NCBI GenBank assembly: GCA_036395475.1
Contig: DASWDF010000035.1
Coordinates: 1,980-65,979 of the forward strand
Direction of reading: 5' to 3'
DNA: 64,000 bases
DNA from: Casimicrobiaceae bacterium
Lineage (GTDB): Bacteria; Pseudomonadota; Gammaproteobacteria; Burkholderiales; Casimicrobiaceae
The notes under the pieces are model-generated. The model had not been told where the DNA came from. It made no database searches and saw only the letters and a program-made list of their open reading frames with translations. The position numbers were made by a program, and so were the translations under genes. Below are positions 62,869-64,000 of this stretch, piece after piece. Position 1 is the first letter of the stretch. Each line of letters begins with the position of its first letter.

Positions 62869-63306
62869 TCACCGGCGCACGCGGATCTCGACCCGCGCGC
62901 CTACGGCGAGCGCATAGTTCTCGATGGTTCGCAACGTCGGCCGCGTGCGCACGCCGCTTTCCAGACGGGACACCGCACTCGTCGTGGTCCCCATTCTGGC
63001 GGCGACGCCGTCCTGCGTCATGCCGACCGCGGTGCGGGCGGCGATCAGTCCGCGACGAGCGTTTGAAGTATGCGGTCCCGCGCGAGTGCCCGTGAATGCC
63101 GGCTGTCGCGCGCGCTTGTCAGCAACGCGATGTTCCTCGTCAGAACCCGGGAGCGCTCGTACATAGTCGTATTTCGGGTGGTTAGCAAAAATGCTAACTC
63201 GCAACGGCGGGCGTGCCCATCGTCCGTTTGGACGAACCTGCGCCCGAATAGGGCCGTCTACGCGCCTCCGTATCGGAGGTCCAGCACGGCATCCGCGGTC
63301 GTTCAT
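62869..63306 (-). CDS. XRE-family helix-turn-helix protein (true start unclear)
   Basis: The C-terminal 70 aa read GLIAARTAVGMTQDGVAARMGTTTSAVSRLESG ... TLRTIENYALAVGARVEIRV, a clear XRE HTH. The only upstream ATG (63306) makes the ORF read through repeat copy C. Confidence 0.5.
   Translation of the reverse strand: MNDRGCRAGPPIRRRVDGPIRAQVRPNGRWARPPLRVSIFANHPKYDYVRALPGSDEEHRVADKRARQPAFTGTRAGPHTSNARRGLIAARTAVGMTQDGVAARMGTTTSAVSRLESGVRTRPTLRTIENYALAVGARVEIRVRR
63169..63207. repeat. palindrome-cored repeat element, copy C (shorter)
   Basis: GTATTTCGGGTG-GTTAGCAAAAATGCTAAC-TCGCAACGG. Same arms GTTAGCA-N4-TGCTAAC as copies A and B. Confidence 0.55.
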
Positions 63307-63685
63307 GAGCCGTTCGCGAAATATGGCTAAGTCGTCGGTGTAGTCGCGTCGGAGCCGAGCGCTACGGCGGTTTATCGGGTCTTGGCTCGCATCAAAATGA
63401 GCTTGGTAGGCCGGTTGGTGGAAGTTCGCAATTTTGCGAACATGTGCGGCGCGCGACGCGTCACATCCACCTGATCAGTTCTCCGAGCAGTCGGACGCGG
63501 CGATCGGAAGGACCAAGGCCCGCGACCTTTCTTAACCGGACGCGCATTGTCATAATCAACTAAGGCTACTACACGGATGGCCATGAAAAATTACTACTTT
63601 ACCGGGAGCAACTCGTACAGCAGTAGTGCCCCCGTGCAGCGAGAAAACGGGGCGGCACGCCTTGTTGTTTAACGCGGCGGACGCC

Positions 63686-64000
63686 TCATTCCCAACTCAA
63701 CGCTCCCCCCGTCTGATACTCGATCACCCGCGTCTCGAAGAAGTTCTTCTCCTTCTTGAGATCGATCATCTCGGCCATCCACGGGAACGGGTTGTCGGCC
63801 TTATCGAATAGCGGATCGACGCCGATCTGCTGGCAGCGGCGGTTGGCGATGAAGCGCAGGTATTCCTTGAACATCGTTGCGTTCAGTCCCAGTACGCCGC
63901 GCGGCATCGTGTCCTCGGCGTAGGCGTACTCGAGGTCGACGCCCTTCTTCATCAGCGCGCGGATCTCCTCGCGGAACTCCGGTGTCCACAGGTGCGGGTT
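63686..64000 (-). CDS. nrdB: ribonucleotide reductase class I beta subunit, C-terminal part (gene continues past the right edge)
   Basis: ...[15 protein letters not shown] ... [35 protein letters not shown]: the FFE.RV.EYQ tail is characteristic of NrdB. Confidence 0.8.
   Translation of the reverse strand, partial: NPHLWTPEFREEIRALMKKGVDLEYAYAEDTMPRGVLGLNATMFKEYLRFIANRRCQQIGVDPLFDKADNPFPWMAEMIDLKKEKNFFETRVIEYQTGGALSWE

Noticed and set aside
63372-63584. 70-aa minus-strand ORF (MAIRVVALVDYDNARPV...) downstream of nrdB.
   Set aside because: No RBS and no family resemblance. The second half is basic and low-complexity, so it is probably non-coding.

Overview
High-G+C bacterial chromosomal window (mid-60s % by eye). 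Gene content looks like a soil or freshwater proteobacterium-like organism: Bug/TctC and PF04392-type orphan solute-binding proteins, several sugar-type ABC systems, and GAF, GGDEF and hybrid sensor kinases. Intact blocks include two CUT1-type ABC operons, a 4xGAF histidine kinase, S8 and S9 peptidases, a multicopper oxidase, a cNMP-domain thioredoxin-reductase fusion and the 3' end of nrdB. These alternate with mosaic, often lower-G+C accessory patches full of decayed genes. The decayed set includes a frameshifted ISAzo13-family IS that still has inverted repeats and a 5-bp target duplication, and a tyrosine integrase with a TAG stop plus a frameshift. It also includes IS91-like, Kelch, alpha/beta-hydrolase, SDR, TPP-enzyme, beta-helix, STAND/TPR and GYD remnants. 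The most system-like oddity is a TIR-like domain/multi-TM module at 22.5-24.3 kb. It is grafted onto a truncated SDR gene and split by a single in-frame TGA, and no known TIR partner gene is nearby. It may be a decayed or uncharacterised membrane TIR effector, so I rate it a candidate only. Three short repeat families are also visible: a palindrome-cored element in 3 copies, a 50-bp direct repeat pair next to the integrase remnant, and a REP-like hairpin pair. No rRNA, tRNA or CRISPR array was recognised. All family calls come from motif recognition by eye; no searches were run, and starts are often uncertain by tens of bases.
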